Shown piece after piece: positions 29,843-39,403 of a stretch of DNA of 64,000 nt. The DNA comes from Lachnospiraceae bacterium (GTDB lineage Bacteria > Bacillota > Clostridia > Lachnospirales > Lachnospiraceae). Every line of letters begins with the position of its first letter. Within the stretch, counting starts at the first letter, position 1. The position numbers were made by a program, and so were the translations under genes. The stretch covers positions 13,380-77,379 of the forward strand of contig JAETNQ010000006.1 in the NCBI GenBank assembly GCA_021772075.1. Direction: 5' to 3'. A model generated the notes under the pieces. It worked only from the letters and a program-made list of their open reading frames with translations, made no database searches and was not told the DNA's origin.

Positions 29843-31138
29843 ATGACGATACTTAGGGATTTATCCGTGCTGTGGTCCCTGTTTCATATATTGGTTCTAT
29901 TTATGATGCTGTACCGTTCCCGGTATTCCCGGAAGAAAACGATCCTTCTTACAAGTGCTGCCATGGGGTTTCTGATCCTGCTGAACATGACGGGACTGGT
30001 GCTTTACGGCGCAAGGGCCATGGGAAAGGTTTTCATGCTGACTTGTACGATACCGAGTCTGCTGTTTTTCTGGTATATTTCAAAGGATAAAAACGGAAGG
30101 TTTTTCTTTACGTTCTGTATGGCGGATACGGTTGCCCTGTGGATTATTACAGTGACCAATGTAGCGGATTTTTATTTTGGGCGGGAGCAGTATATATTGA
30201 TGTTTCTCGGCAGACTGGTTATGTTCCCTTTGGTGGAGTGGGCAGCAGTCCGTTATTTCCGAAAGCCTTATATGGAGCTTCAGGAAGCGGTGCCGGACGG
30301 ATGGGGGATATTCGCCGGCATGACGATGCTTTATTATATCCTGCTTGCCGTAATGAGCAATTTCCCTGTGATCATTACGGCAAGGCCGCAGGAACTTCCG
30401 GCGTTTATACTGGTGCTTATATTGATGCCCATGACATATGCAACGATTTTTACCTCCCTTTACAGGCAGCTGCTGCTTTACCGGAAGCAGCAGGCCGAAC
30501 GGGTTTTGCAGGAACAGAAGAATACGCTGGAGGCGCAGCTTTCCAACCAGCAGCAGATACGGAAGATGAAGCATGATATGAAGGGGCATACGGCCATGCT
30601 GTCGGGGCTGCTTGCTGCGGAAAAAATCAAAGAGGCACAGGAATATCTGAAAGGCGTGGAAATAGAAGTGGGTGTTTTGTCCGGGCCGTTTTGCGCGAAT
30701 CCGTATCTGAACGCGGTATTGGTTCATTATTTCCAAAAATTGCAGGAATTGGAAGCGGACTGCAGGATGGATATACAGGTGGGGGAAGAAGAACTGCCTT
30801 ATATGGAGCTGTGCCAGATCATATCCAATGGACTTGAAAATGTCTGCGACGCTATCCAGAAGCTTGCCATAGAGGAGCGGGAAGTTTCCGTTCAGATGAA
30901 ATACAGCAGGGATTATCTTCTGATAAGGATCAGGAACCGGTGCAGGAGCGGCCTGCACGTGGAAAAGGGGAGGATGCCTGTTACGGAAAAAGAAGGCCAT
31001 GACCACGGTTTCGGGCTTATGACAGTGCAGGAGGCGGCGAGACGCCTTGACGGGGAGATGTTCTGCTATACGGAAAACGGGAACTTTGTAATGGATGTTA
31101 TGCTGTCGTGTCGTTCTTTTCAAAAGGGTTTGGCATGA
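29843..31138 (+). CDS. AgrC-like (HPK10/GHKL) membrane sensor kinase
   Basis: Multi-TM N-terminus, KHDMKGH, NGLENVCDA, HGFGL. Confidence 0.88.
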   Translation: MTILRDLSVLWSLFHILVLFMMLYRSRYSRKKTILLTSAAMGFLILLNMTGLVLYGARAMGKVFMLTCTIPSLLFFWYISKDKNGRFFFTFCMADTVALWIITVTNVADFYFGREQYILMFLGRLVMFPLVEWAAVRYFRKPYMELQEAVPDGWGIFAGMTMLYYILLAVMSNFPVIITARPQELPAFILVLILMPMTYATIFTSLYRQLLLYRKQQAERVLQEQKNTLEAQLSNQQQIRKMKHDMKGHTAMLSGLLAAEKIKEAQEYLKGVEIEVGVLSGPFCANPYLNAVLVHYFQKLQELEADCRMDIQVGEEELPYMELCQIISNGLENVCDAIQKLAIEEREVSVQMKYSRDYLLIRIRNRCRSGLHVEKGRMPVTEKEGHDHGFGLMTVQEAARRLDGEMFCYTENGNFVMDVMLSCRSFQKGLA

Positions 31139-31160
31139 ACAGGGAATGGAGGGAGAGGCA

Positions 31161-32462
31161 ATGCTGGGAGGTTCTTTTGGGATCGCGGTCCTTCGGAACA
31201 CGATCTCGGCGGGATTGGTCATGACGGTGTTTCTGCTGTTGGACCGGCCAAAGTTTCCCATGAAAGAAACAAGAATATATTATGTGCTTTTCGGATGCTT
31301 GGCGGTGCTTTCCTATAGCATCTGGTACATGCTGGACAGGGAAGGATATATTCGGTTTTCCGGAATATCGGTGATTCCGGCGGTAGGAATCTTCTGCATG
31401 TCGATGAGCAGGGAGAAAGCCTATTTGTCGCTATATAAGATTGCCCTTGGATTTTATTTGCTTGCCATAATTACTGTCTGCGGGATCGATGCATCGAGAT
31501 TATGGTTCGGGGGAGATATTTGGGCGGACATTGCTGTCAGGATCATAATGACCTTAGTCATTCTTCTTATGGTTTTCCGAAAAATACGTCATATTTTTTT
31601 GGAAGGCGTGGACTTGCTGGGGGAGGAAATGAATATATTCAGTGTTGTCGCGCTGTTTGCATCCATCGTGATCGTAGGATTTGTTGCCTTATGGCCTGGT
31701 GACCATTCCCTTTCCATCGCCAGGGTCATGCGGATATTGGTTTTATTTATAATGGCAGGGCTTATCCAGTATATGATGTTCCGCATGTATCTGCATCAGG
31801 GCAGGGAACACAGATATCAGGTAGAAAAAGAACTGTTGGAAATGAACGAAGAGCTTTTATACGATCAATTGAAGCAAATGAGGGAATCGGGAAAGGAGGC
31901 GGTGAGAATACGCCACGATATGCGCCACCACTGCCTTTTGATTGAGGAATATATTAAGAATGGGGAAAACGAAAAACTGCTTGCTTATGTAAAGCAGTAT
32001 GAAGAGGATATGGAAAGCAGCAGGGCGGAACGCATTTGCGCCAATGAAACTATTAATAGTATTTTGACAGCCTATAGACGGTATGCAAAAAAGGAAAAGA
32101 TCAGTATAACGATGGACGTAAAGGCGTCGGAGGAGATAGCGGTGAGGAATATCGATATGGTTGCGGTTCTGGCAAATGTTGTGGAAAATGCCATCCACGG
32201 ATGCCTGCGTTCGGAGCGGGTGGAAAAGGAAATAGGGCTTTCCGTCATCCAGAAAGGCAATAAAATAGTAATCCGTTGTAAAAATACATGTGCGGGGGAT
32301 GTGGAATTCCAAGACGGGCTTCCGGTATCCTCATCGGGCAGAGGCATAGGTGTTTCCAGCATTATGAAGGTAGTGTCCGATTATAATGGAGAAACGGATT
32401 TTTCCATGGACAACGGCATGTTTTTCGTCAGGATCCTGATGCATATGCCGTCGGCGGTCTGA
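31161..32462 (+). CDS. Second AgrC-like (GHKL) membrane sensor kinase
   Basis: RHDMRHH, NVVENAIHG, GRGIGVSSI; start at ATG 31161. Confidence 0.88.
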   Translation: MLGGSFGIAVLRNTISAGLVMTVFLLLDRPKFPMKETRIYYVLFGCLAVLSYSIWYMLDREGYIRFSGISVIPAVGIFCMSMSREKAYLSLYKIALGFYLLAIITVCGIDASRLWFGGDIWADIAVRIIMTLVILLMVFRKIRHIFLEGVDLLGEEMNIFSVVALFASIVIVGFVALWPGDHSLSIARVMRILVLFIMAGLIQYMMFRMYLHQGREHRYQVEKELLEMNEELLYDQLKQMRESGKEAVRIRHDMRHHCLLIEEYIKNGENEKLLAYVKQYEEDMESSRAERICANETINSILTAYRRYAKKEKISITMDVKASEEIAVRNIDMVAVLANVVENAIHGCLRSERVEKEIGLSVIQKGNKIVIRCKNTCAGDVEFQDGLPVSSSGRGIGVSSIMKVVSDYNGETDFSMDNGMFFVRILMHMPSAV

Positions 32463-32588
32463 CGGAATGAAATAAAGTTTTGCGGGATAGTTTTCTTCGC
32501 TCCCTGATATGTGGTATAATCAATTAGTGAATTGCGCTGATGCGCAAGCAGGTCATCAAGGACTGGAGCGAAAGGAACGGGCGGCAAG

Positions 32589-33266
32589 ATGGAAAAACAG
32601 AGGAAAAAGCCCTATTTTATCAGGGGCTTGGCGGTGGCGGCCGGTATTTTTATGGTGGGAATTGCCGTCGGTTTTTTTAAAATAGCGGAGATGGGGGCGG
32701 ATCCCTTTACCGCAATGAATACGGGGATCAGTTCGCTGGCCGGCATGCAGTTCGGTACGCTGCAGCTGCTGGTGAATGCGGCGATTCTGGTATTTGTTTT
32801 CCTGTTGAAAAGGAAATTTATTGGGTTCGGAACAATATTCAATATGGTTTTTGTGGGCTATACGGCAGATTTTATGCTGGGGCTTCTGGAAAAATGGCAG
32901 ATTGACTTCGACACGCTGCCGGCCCGTATTGTTTTGCTGGCGGCGGCAGTGCTTCTTCTTTGTATTGGCGACGCTCTTTATATTTCTGCGGATATGGGCA
33001 TGTCTCCCTACGATGCGGCGGGGTATATCGTGGAAGCGGCAACAAAAGGGAAAATACAGTTTCGGGCGGCCAGGATCATGCTGGACAGCATTTGCGTCGC
33101 CGTTGGATTCCTGACGGGAATGCAGACGGGGATCCAATGGAAGATCATCGGAATAGGGACAGGGATTCTTGCTTTCTGCACCGGCCCGCTGATCCAGTTT
33201 TTCCGGGTGCATTGGAGCGATAAAATGTTAAAAAGGTATTGCGGGAAAGGAGAGGCTGCAAAATGA
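32589..33266 (+). CDS. YczE/YyaS/YitT family membrane protein
   Basis: GADPFTAMNTG, IGFGTIFN, GMSPYD. Confidence 0.8.
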   Translation: MEKQRKKPYFIRGLAVAAGIFMVGIAVGFFKIAEMGADPFTAMNTGISSLAGMQFGTLQLLVNAAILVFVFLLKRKFIGFGTIFNMVFVGYTADFMLGLLEKWQIDFDTLPARIVLLAAAVLLLCIGDALYISADMGMSPYDAAGYIVEAATKGKIQFRAARIMLDSICVAVGFLTGMQTGIQWKIIGIGTGILAFCTGPLIQFFRVHWSDKMLKRYCGKGEAAK

Positions 33267-33883
33267 AGCTGACGGAATTTCAATGGACAAGGGAGCCGGA
33301 GAGCTTCCTGATCGATGAGGATACGGTGGAGATCGTGACAAAACCCCATACGGATCTGTGGCAGCGCACGTATTATCATTTTCAGAACGATAATGCGCCG
33401 GTTTTGCAGATGGAAACGGAGGAGGAGTATTTCAGCTTTATCGTGAAAACGGAGTTTGCGGAAAGCCATCATAGGTTTGACCAATGCGGTATCGTCATGT
33501 ATCTGGACAGCGAAAACTGGCTGAAAGGCTCTATCGAATACGAAAATGATAAATTTCAGCATTTGGGGAGCGTCGTGACGAATAACGGATATTCGGATTG
33601 GGCGACGACGGAGATAGACGCTTCGGTAAAGTCCATGTGGTACCGGTTCAGCAGGAGGGAGGACGATTATTGCATAGAATGTTCGGCGGATGGAACTGCT
33701 TTCCATCAGATGCGCATCTGCCATATGAACAGGGGAAAAGGGCGGATCAAGTTCGGCATTTATGCCTGTTCCCCGGAGGAATCTTCCTTTCGGGCAGTTT
33801 TTTCCCATATGGAGATGACGGACTGCCAATGGAAGGCTCATGACGGACAGCAGCCGGATCGGAAAGGGGCTCCCGAAACCTAA
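33263..33883 (+). CDS. DUF1349 family protein
   Basis: TDLWQRTYYHF, FDQCG, NWLKGSIEY, GIYACSP. Confidence 0.8.
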   Translation: MKLTEFQWTREPESFLIDEDTVEIVTKPHTDLWQRTYYHFQNDNAPVLQMETEEEYFSFIVKTEFAESHHRFDQCGIVMYLDSENWLKGSIEYENDKFQHLGSVVTNNGYSDWATTEIDASVKSMWYRFSRREDDYCIECSADGTAFHQMRICHMNRGKGRIKFGIYACSPEESSFRAVFSHMEMTDCQWKAHDGQQPDRKGAPET

Positions 33884-33982
33884 TCTGTGAATTATTCTGA
33901 TGGGGCGGATGGGGAAAAGACGGGGCTGCCGTTGCGGCAGGGTTTGATCTGGAATAGAAAATAAGAAGGGGCGGGAAATATA

Positions 33983-34276
33983 TTGAACAATAAAGTATAT
34001 GAATATGAAGCCGTGATTTGCAATGCGGATGGGAAGGGCGGGGCTTATGTGGCTTTTCCTTATGATATCAGGAAAGAGTTTGGGAAAGGGAGGGTAAAGG
34101 TACACGCGACCTTTGACGGGGAACCATATGACGGCAGCGTTGTTAATATGGGGGTCAAAAATGAGGACGGAAGCATCTGCTATATTCTCGGCATACGCAA
34201 GGACATCAGAACCCGGATCGGAAAGCAGGAAGGCGATAAGGTTTGGGTGACGGTAAGGGAACGGAATGATCCATGA
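33983..34276 (+). CDS. DUF1905 family protein
   Basis: GGAYVAFPYD, GRVKVHATFDG, ILGIRKDIR. Confidence 0.8.
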   Translation: MNNKVYEYEAVICNADGKGGAYVAFPYDIRKEFGKGRVKVHATFDGEPYDGSVVNMGVKNEDGSICYILGIRKDIRTRIGKQEGDKVWVTVRERNDP

Positions 34277-34299
34277 TATTTTTGAATATATCCGGGTTA

Positions 34300-34335
34300 C
34301 AATAAGCTGGCTGGCGGAGCGTGACACATTTGTTG
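34300..34335 (+). repeat. Third, diverged copy of the 37-bp hairpin repeat
   Basis: CAATAAGCTGGCTGGCGGAGCGTGACACATTTGTTG. Confidence 0.8.
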
Positions 34336-34545
34336 CGCCTGTCGGCGCTTTTTTTTTCGGTAAATGCTTTTTTAAGCAAACAGTCGATTTGTTACATTTA
34401 AGGGATAATTCACGATAACGCATGCTTTTCCTTAAAATGCAATGTTATAGTACAGGATATATGATGCAAGAGGAACCTCTGTAGTCAAAAATGCCTGGCA
34501 GGGGACATGGTATTTTGGCCGGACAGGAATTAAGGAGGAAAAACG

Positions 34546-37083
34546 ATGAAGGAACAATTAAAAAGAAAGCATATGTCCGGAAAGGGGAAATGGTTGCTTT
34601 CGCTGCTGGTCAGCCTGTGCCTGGCGGCAGGGATGCTTCCGGGCGAGGCAAGGGCAGAAACAAAAGAGGGGGGATTGTGTCCGCACCATACAGAGCATAC
34701 AGCAGACTGCGGTTATGAAGCGGCAGTGGACGGAAACGAATGCGATCACGTACACGACGAAAACTGCGGTTATGCGCAGGCAAGCGAATGTACCCATGTA
34801 CATGACGAAAACTGTGGTTATGTGGAAGGCAGGGAAGGGAATTCCTGCAATTATGTTTGCAGAATCTGTCCGGTGCAGGAGTTGATCGACGGGCTGCCTG
34901 AAGCGGAGGAAATTACGGCGGAGAATATGGAGATGGCAGCGGCACAGCTTGCTGCTGTAGATGATGCAAAAGAGAAACTGGAAGATGGGGAAAGGGAGCA
35001 GCTGATTGCCGCTAAATATGAGGCGGCTGCTTCCAGAATGATGGAACTGCAGGATCAGGCTGCGGGCGGGCCGTCTGCTCCTGAAGTCAATGAGGAAACG
35101 GCAGCAGCGTACAAGGAATATTATCCCATATGGGTCGCCGGCGTGCGTGTGACCAGCCTGAATGCCGGTAATGTGCTGGAGGGCGATCCGGTAAACGATG
35201 GAAAGGTAAGATATGATCCAGATACCCAGACCCTTACATTGGATGGGGCAAATATTACCTATACTTCGTCAAGTGACGCCAATGTAATAATAACAAGGAA
35301 TAACAGCAGCCCAACCGGAAGAACCGACTTGACCATCCAACTTTTGAATGAGAATAAGATTATCAGCGAGACATCGTGTTCCGGGCAGAACGAGGATAAA
35401 AGGCGTACGATTGACGCTTGTGACGATCTTACCTTTATAGGCGGCGGAAGCCTGGAGATTATCGGGACAGCATCTACAGGGGGGCCTATAATTACGATTC
35501 ACGCCGGCCGTACTCTTAAATTCGAGAATACTGCCGTGACAGTCATTGCCGGCGACTGCCCGTCTGAAAGCAGAGATTGGGATAGATCGTGGGCAGTATG
35601 CGGTGCATCCATCCAGATTATAGGAGGAAAAGTGATTGCCAGATCCGGATGGGCGACCGATGCGGGAAGTTCTACCGCTATCACAAGCTCGTGGGGTGAT
35701 ATTGAGATTTCAAACAATGCGGAAGTCATTGCCGAGGCCGGCAGAGGAGAGAGCTCCTACGCAATTTCTACTGATTATACTATAAGTATCAGCGATTCCA
35801 AGGTTTCGGCTGTGGGCGGCGAAGCAGCTTTCTCTTCTTATGGCATGGGTGCTGATAAGATTATGCTTTATAACAGCGAGATAAAAGCGGAAGCGGGTAC
35901 CGGAGAAAGTGGTTACAGCCTGCCGATATACTGTGGTAATGGGATGGAAGTGAATGATAGTACCGTTACAGCAAAAGGAGGAGCAGCAGGAGCAGAGTCC
36001 TATGGCATATCGGCAGCTTCCTTTGTACTGAACGGCGGTGATGTCCATGCGGAAGGAGGGACAGCCGCAGATTGGAGCATCGGGCTGTGGACGGAGAATG
36101 CCAATATATCCGCCGGCAGGCTGGTAGCCATTGCAGGACCGGCGGCCGGCACAAATGCAATCAGTTCTGCTCCGAACTTTATTAATGATTATATAGTTAC
36201 GGTAAAAGCCGGAACCAGCGAAGGGGATGCCAAGGCGGTAGAGCCTCCTGTCGACGAAACATATTGGGATAATACTTATGTTATGATCAAACCCCGGCAT
36301 TTCCACGCATGGGCGGAGCAATGGAGCTATGATGAAATACATCACTGGCATGCCTGCACAGGGGATGATTGTGAAATCGTTGATCTTACAGAGATGGAAT
36401 CATACGGAGAACATACTTATGACGATGAATATGATGCGGACTGCAATATCTGCGGCGCAAAAAGAAATGCTGCTTCCAAACCGTCCTACGCGATTATCGA
36501 GGGTGCAAACAGCAAATGGATTCTAAATGAAGACGGCAGCCTCAGCATTAAGGGAAACGGCGATTTTGATAAGTTTGAAGGAGTCAAGGTGGACGATCAG
36601 CTGCTTGACAGGGGAAATTATAATGTCCGGCCGGGTTCGACCATTGTTGAGCTGAAGCCTGATTATTTAAATACCTTGGCAGCAGGCAGCCATGAGCTGG
36701 AAATCCTCTGGACGGACGGCAGTGCAAGCACTGTATTTTCGGTGGCTGAGAAAACAATAAATAACGATAGTAATAACAATGGCAGCAGTAATAATGGAGG
36801 AAGCAGCAACAACGGAAGCAACGATAATAGCGGCGGTGATGGTAATGGCGGAAGCAACGATAATAACAACGGTACAGAAAGTCATAATAATCACGAAAGC
36901 AGCAGTAACAGCAATGAAAACGAAAGAAGCATTCCAATAAATAATGCTGAAATAACTACAGACAGCAATAAAAAAGATGAAGTGCCTAAGACAGGAGAGG
37001 ACATGTCGGCAGTTTGGGCAGCTGCCATACTGGCGATATCGGGGACAGGAATGGTTCTTACGAGAAAGAAACAAAGCGAATAG
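34546..37083 (+). CDS. Cell-wall-anchored surface protein (VPKTG sorting signal)
   Basis: Signal peptide, His/Cys motifs (HVHDENCGY twice), beta-rich repeats, N/G/S linker, VPKTG plus TM and basic tail. Confidence 0.88.
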   Translation: MKEQLKRKHMSGKGKWLLSLLVSLCLAAGMLPGEARAETKEGGLCPHHTEHTADCGYEAAVDGNECDHVHDENCGYAQASECTHVHDENCGYVEGREGNSCNYVCRICPVQELIDGLPEAEEITAENMEMAAAQLAAVDDAKEKLEDGEREQLIAAKYEAAASRMMELQDQAAGGPSAPEVNEETAAAYKEYYPIWVAGVRVTSLNAGNVLEGDPVNDGKVRYDPDTQTLTLDGANITYTSSSDANVIITRNNSSPTGRTDLTIQLLNENKIISETSCSGQNEDKRRTIDACDDLTFIGGGSLEIIGTASTGGPIITIHAGRTLKFENTAVTVIAGDCPSESRDWDRSWAVCGASIQIIGGKVIARSGWATDAGSSTAITSSWGDIEISNNAEVIAEAGRGESSYAISTDYTISISDSKVSAVGGEAAFSSYGMGADKIMLYNSEIKAEAGTGESGYSLPIYCGNGMEVNDSTVTAKGGAAGAESYGISAASFVLNGGDVHAEGGTAADWSIGLWTENANISAGRLVAIAGPAAGTNAISSAPNFINDYIVTVKAGTSEGDAKAVEPPVDETYWDNTYVMIKPRHFHAWAEQWSYDEIHHWHACTGDDCEIVDLTEMESYGEHTYDDEYDADCNICGAKRNAASKPSYAIIEGANSKWILNEDGSLSIKGNGDFDKFEGVKVDDQLLDRGNYNVRPGSTIVELKPDYLNTLAAGSHELEILWTDGSASTVFSVAEKTINNDSNNNGSSNNGGSSNNGSNDNSGGDGNGGSNDNNNGTESHNNHESSSNSNENERSIPINNAEITTDSNKKDEVPKTGEDMSAVWAAAILAISGTGMVLTRKKQSE

Positions 37084-37103
37084 AAGGATAGCGGCAAATA
37101 AAA

Positions 37104-38069
37104 ATGAAACAAAGGAACAATGATGGAAAAGGCGGGCATGTCCCGCTTTTTCTGCAAAAAAATAGAGAGAAAAAAGGGGACAGAAAACAGGAACTGCTTC
37201 ATCTGCTATGTGTTATGGTATTTGCAGGGACGGCAATATGGCTGGGCGGATATGGGATTTTTAATATATGGAGGAATATGCGCGCCTATCGAACACAGGA
37301 AAATCTGCAGGCGATCAGGAACGAGGCGGATGCACCGGCGCAGTTTGAAATGCAGTATGGCGGAAACGGGCTTCCGATAGCCGGAATTGATGCTTTTCTT
37401 GATGATTTGTTTCAGGAATGGCCGGTGACAGAACAGCGCCCTGCCGAACCGGAGATCATGCCCCGATATCAGTCGTTGTATGATTTGAACCATGATATGG
37501 CCGGGTGGCTGTCCATCGAGGGGACGGTGATCGATTACCCTGTCATGCAGACGCCGGAGGATGAAAATTATTACCTGAATCTTGATTTTTATGGACAGCC
37601 TGATAAAAACGGCTGTCTGATTCTGGATACGGACTCGGAGGCAGGGACAGGCACGAAGGATCACGGCTACACGGACGGCAATCTGCCTTCCACGAATTTG
37701 ATTATTCATGGACATACCATGAAATCAGGAGATATGTTTGGCAATTTGAAGCTTTATGCAGATGAGGAATATGGAAAGGAGCATAGAAAAATTTGTTTTG
37801 ACAGCTTGTACGAGGAGAGGGCGTATGAGCTGATCGCTGTATTTTACTCCCAAGTATATTATGAGAAGGATGAGGTTTTTAAATATTACAAGTTCTTTCA
37901 GGCAGATACAGAAGAGGAGTTCCGTGACTGGTATGGGAATATTAAGGCAATGTCCTTGTACGATACCGGCGTGCGCGCGGAATTTGGAGATGAATTTATT
38001 ACCCTTTCCTGCTGCTCTTATCAGGTAGAGGACGGGAGATTCGTGGTCGTGGGAAAAAGAATAGAATGA
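37104..38069 (+). CDS. srtB: Class B sortase
   Basis: GWLSIEGTVIDYPVMQ, IIHGH, ITLSCC, GRFVVVG. Confidence 0.9.
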   Translation: MKQRNNDGKGGHVPLFLQKNREKKGDRKQELLHLLCVMVFAGTAIWLGGYGIFNIWRNMRAYRTQENLQAIRNEADAPAQFEMQYGGNGLPIAGIDAFLDDLFQEWPVTEQRPAEPEIMPRYQSLYDLNHDMAGWLSIEGTVIDYPVMQTPEDENYYLNLDFYGQPDKNGCLILDTDSEAGTGTKDHGYTDGNLPSTNLIIHGHTMKSGDMFGNLKLYADEEYGKEHRKICFDSLYEERAYELIAVFYSQVYYEKDEVFKYYKFFQADTEEEFRDWYGNIKAMSLYDTGVRAEFGDEFITLSCCSYQVEDGRFVVVGKRIE

Positions 38070-38230
38070 AATGCTGTAGGTGCGGCATGATGACGGAGCC
38101 GGGGATTACGAGCTAAGGGAACATTTTGTTTCAAAGACAGGAATATACAGTTGCGTTGGAATATGTTATGCTTGTCCTTGGCAAGAGAGATAAATATAAC
38201 GAAAGTTAGAAACGGATGAGGTGAAGTATA

Positions 38231-38668
38231 ATGATAAGGGAAGCAAAGAAAGAGGATTTGAATGATTTACTTCATTTATATTTAGATTTGCATGAAGAAA
38301 AGATTCCAGAATATTCACCAAATTTGAGCAAAACATGGGAGACAATTCTGAATGACAAAAATCATCATATTATTTTGAATGAGGTAGATGGAATCCTTGT
38401 CTCATCTTGTGTGTGCGTTATTATCCCTAATCTTACAAGAAATGCAAGACCGTATGCCTTTATAGAGAATGTGGTTACACATGCGGACTATAGGGGAAAG
38501 GGATACGCTACGGAATGCCTCGACTATGCAAGAGAAATTGCGGTAGGAAATCACTGTTATAAAATGATGTTGCTAACGGGTTCCAAAAAACAAAGCACAT
38601 TAAACTTTTATGCAAAAGCCGGATATAATAGCATGGATAAAACGGCATTTATCCAGTGGCTTGAATGA
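38231..38668 (+). CDS. GNAT family N-acetyltransferase
   Basis: IENVVTHADYRGKGYA, FYAKAGY. Confidence 0.9.
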   Translation: MIREAKKEDLNDLLHLYLDLHEEKIPEYSPNLSKTWETILNDKNHHIILNEVDGILVSSCVCVIIPNLTRNARPYAFIENVVTHADYRGKGYATECLDYAREIAVGNHCYKMMLLTGSKKQSTLNFYAKAGYNSMDKTAFIQWLE

Positions 38669-38840
38669 AAGTCATATCGTAAAGATTATTTGGGAAGGAT
38701 GAAAAATAATGAGTGAATTAAGCTGTTAAAGCGTCTGGCAGGGGAACCCGACAGACAGCCTTATAGGAAAGCTGAACTCTCTGCCGGATAACGGGTGTAT
38801 GGAGATCGTGCATGACATCCATTGATTGAGGGGGACGAAG

Positions 38841-39020
38841 ATGATTATGAGTAAACCGGAAGTAAGCAGCAAATTTGATGTGGAGGATATTAGAAAAATC
38901 CGTGAATACAATTCCCTACGCCATATTCATATGACACCGGAGGAAATTATTGCGGAAACGCAGGAAGGGGCAGAAAAGGTAATGTGGATGCTGAAGCAAC
39001 GGAAAATTATGAAGGTTTAA
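38841..39020 (+). CDS. Small hypothetical protein
   Basis: RBS GAGGGGG; FDVEDIRKIREYN...MTPEEI. Confidence 0.6.
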   Translation: MIMSKPEVSSKFDVEDIRKIREYNSLRHIHMTPEEIIAETQEGAEKVMWMLKQRKIMKV

Positions 39021-39403
39021 AAATTTGGCAAATGATTTTTGTAAAAACCTAAGTTTGTGGTGGAATGTTTGAAATTTGCGGAAGAGTAAAAAGATGTTCA
39101 ATGAAAAATAGAATCAAGTATGCTAAAAGAATATCTCATTCACAGTTTGAAGAATCAGTATTGCCCATAGGAAGAGGGTAAACAACGGTATCGTCAGATA
39201 AAGAAAAAATTGCCATGGTAAAAGAAAATTAAAGTTCGTAGAAGGAAAATCGGGAAAGTCTACATTAATTAATTCTTTGTTGAAGAAAAGAATCTGCTGT
39301 TTTGTTGCTGGCATAAAAAATCCTCTTTTTCGATAAGAATTGTCATATCTTGATTCTTACCAAAAAAGAGGTATTTCTTTCCAAAGACACAAACTATTTT
39401 ACA

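Noticed and set aside
36760-36960. Asn/Gly/Ser-rich AAC/AAT repeats
   Set aside because: Ordinary low-complexity cell-wall-spanning linker before the sorting signal.
38709-38830. Possible RimJ-like GNAT fragment (IGKLNSLPDNGCMEI)
   Set aside because: Too short and interrupted to support a call.
39123-39314. 63-aa minus-strand ORF downstream of the MCP
   Set aside because: No convincing RBS or motif; AT-rich intergenic sequence.
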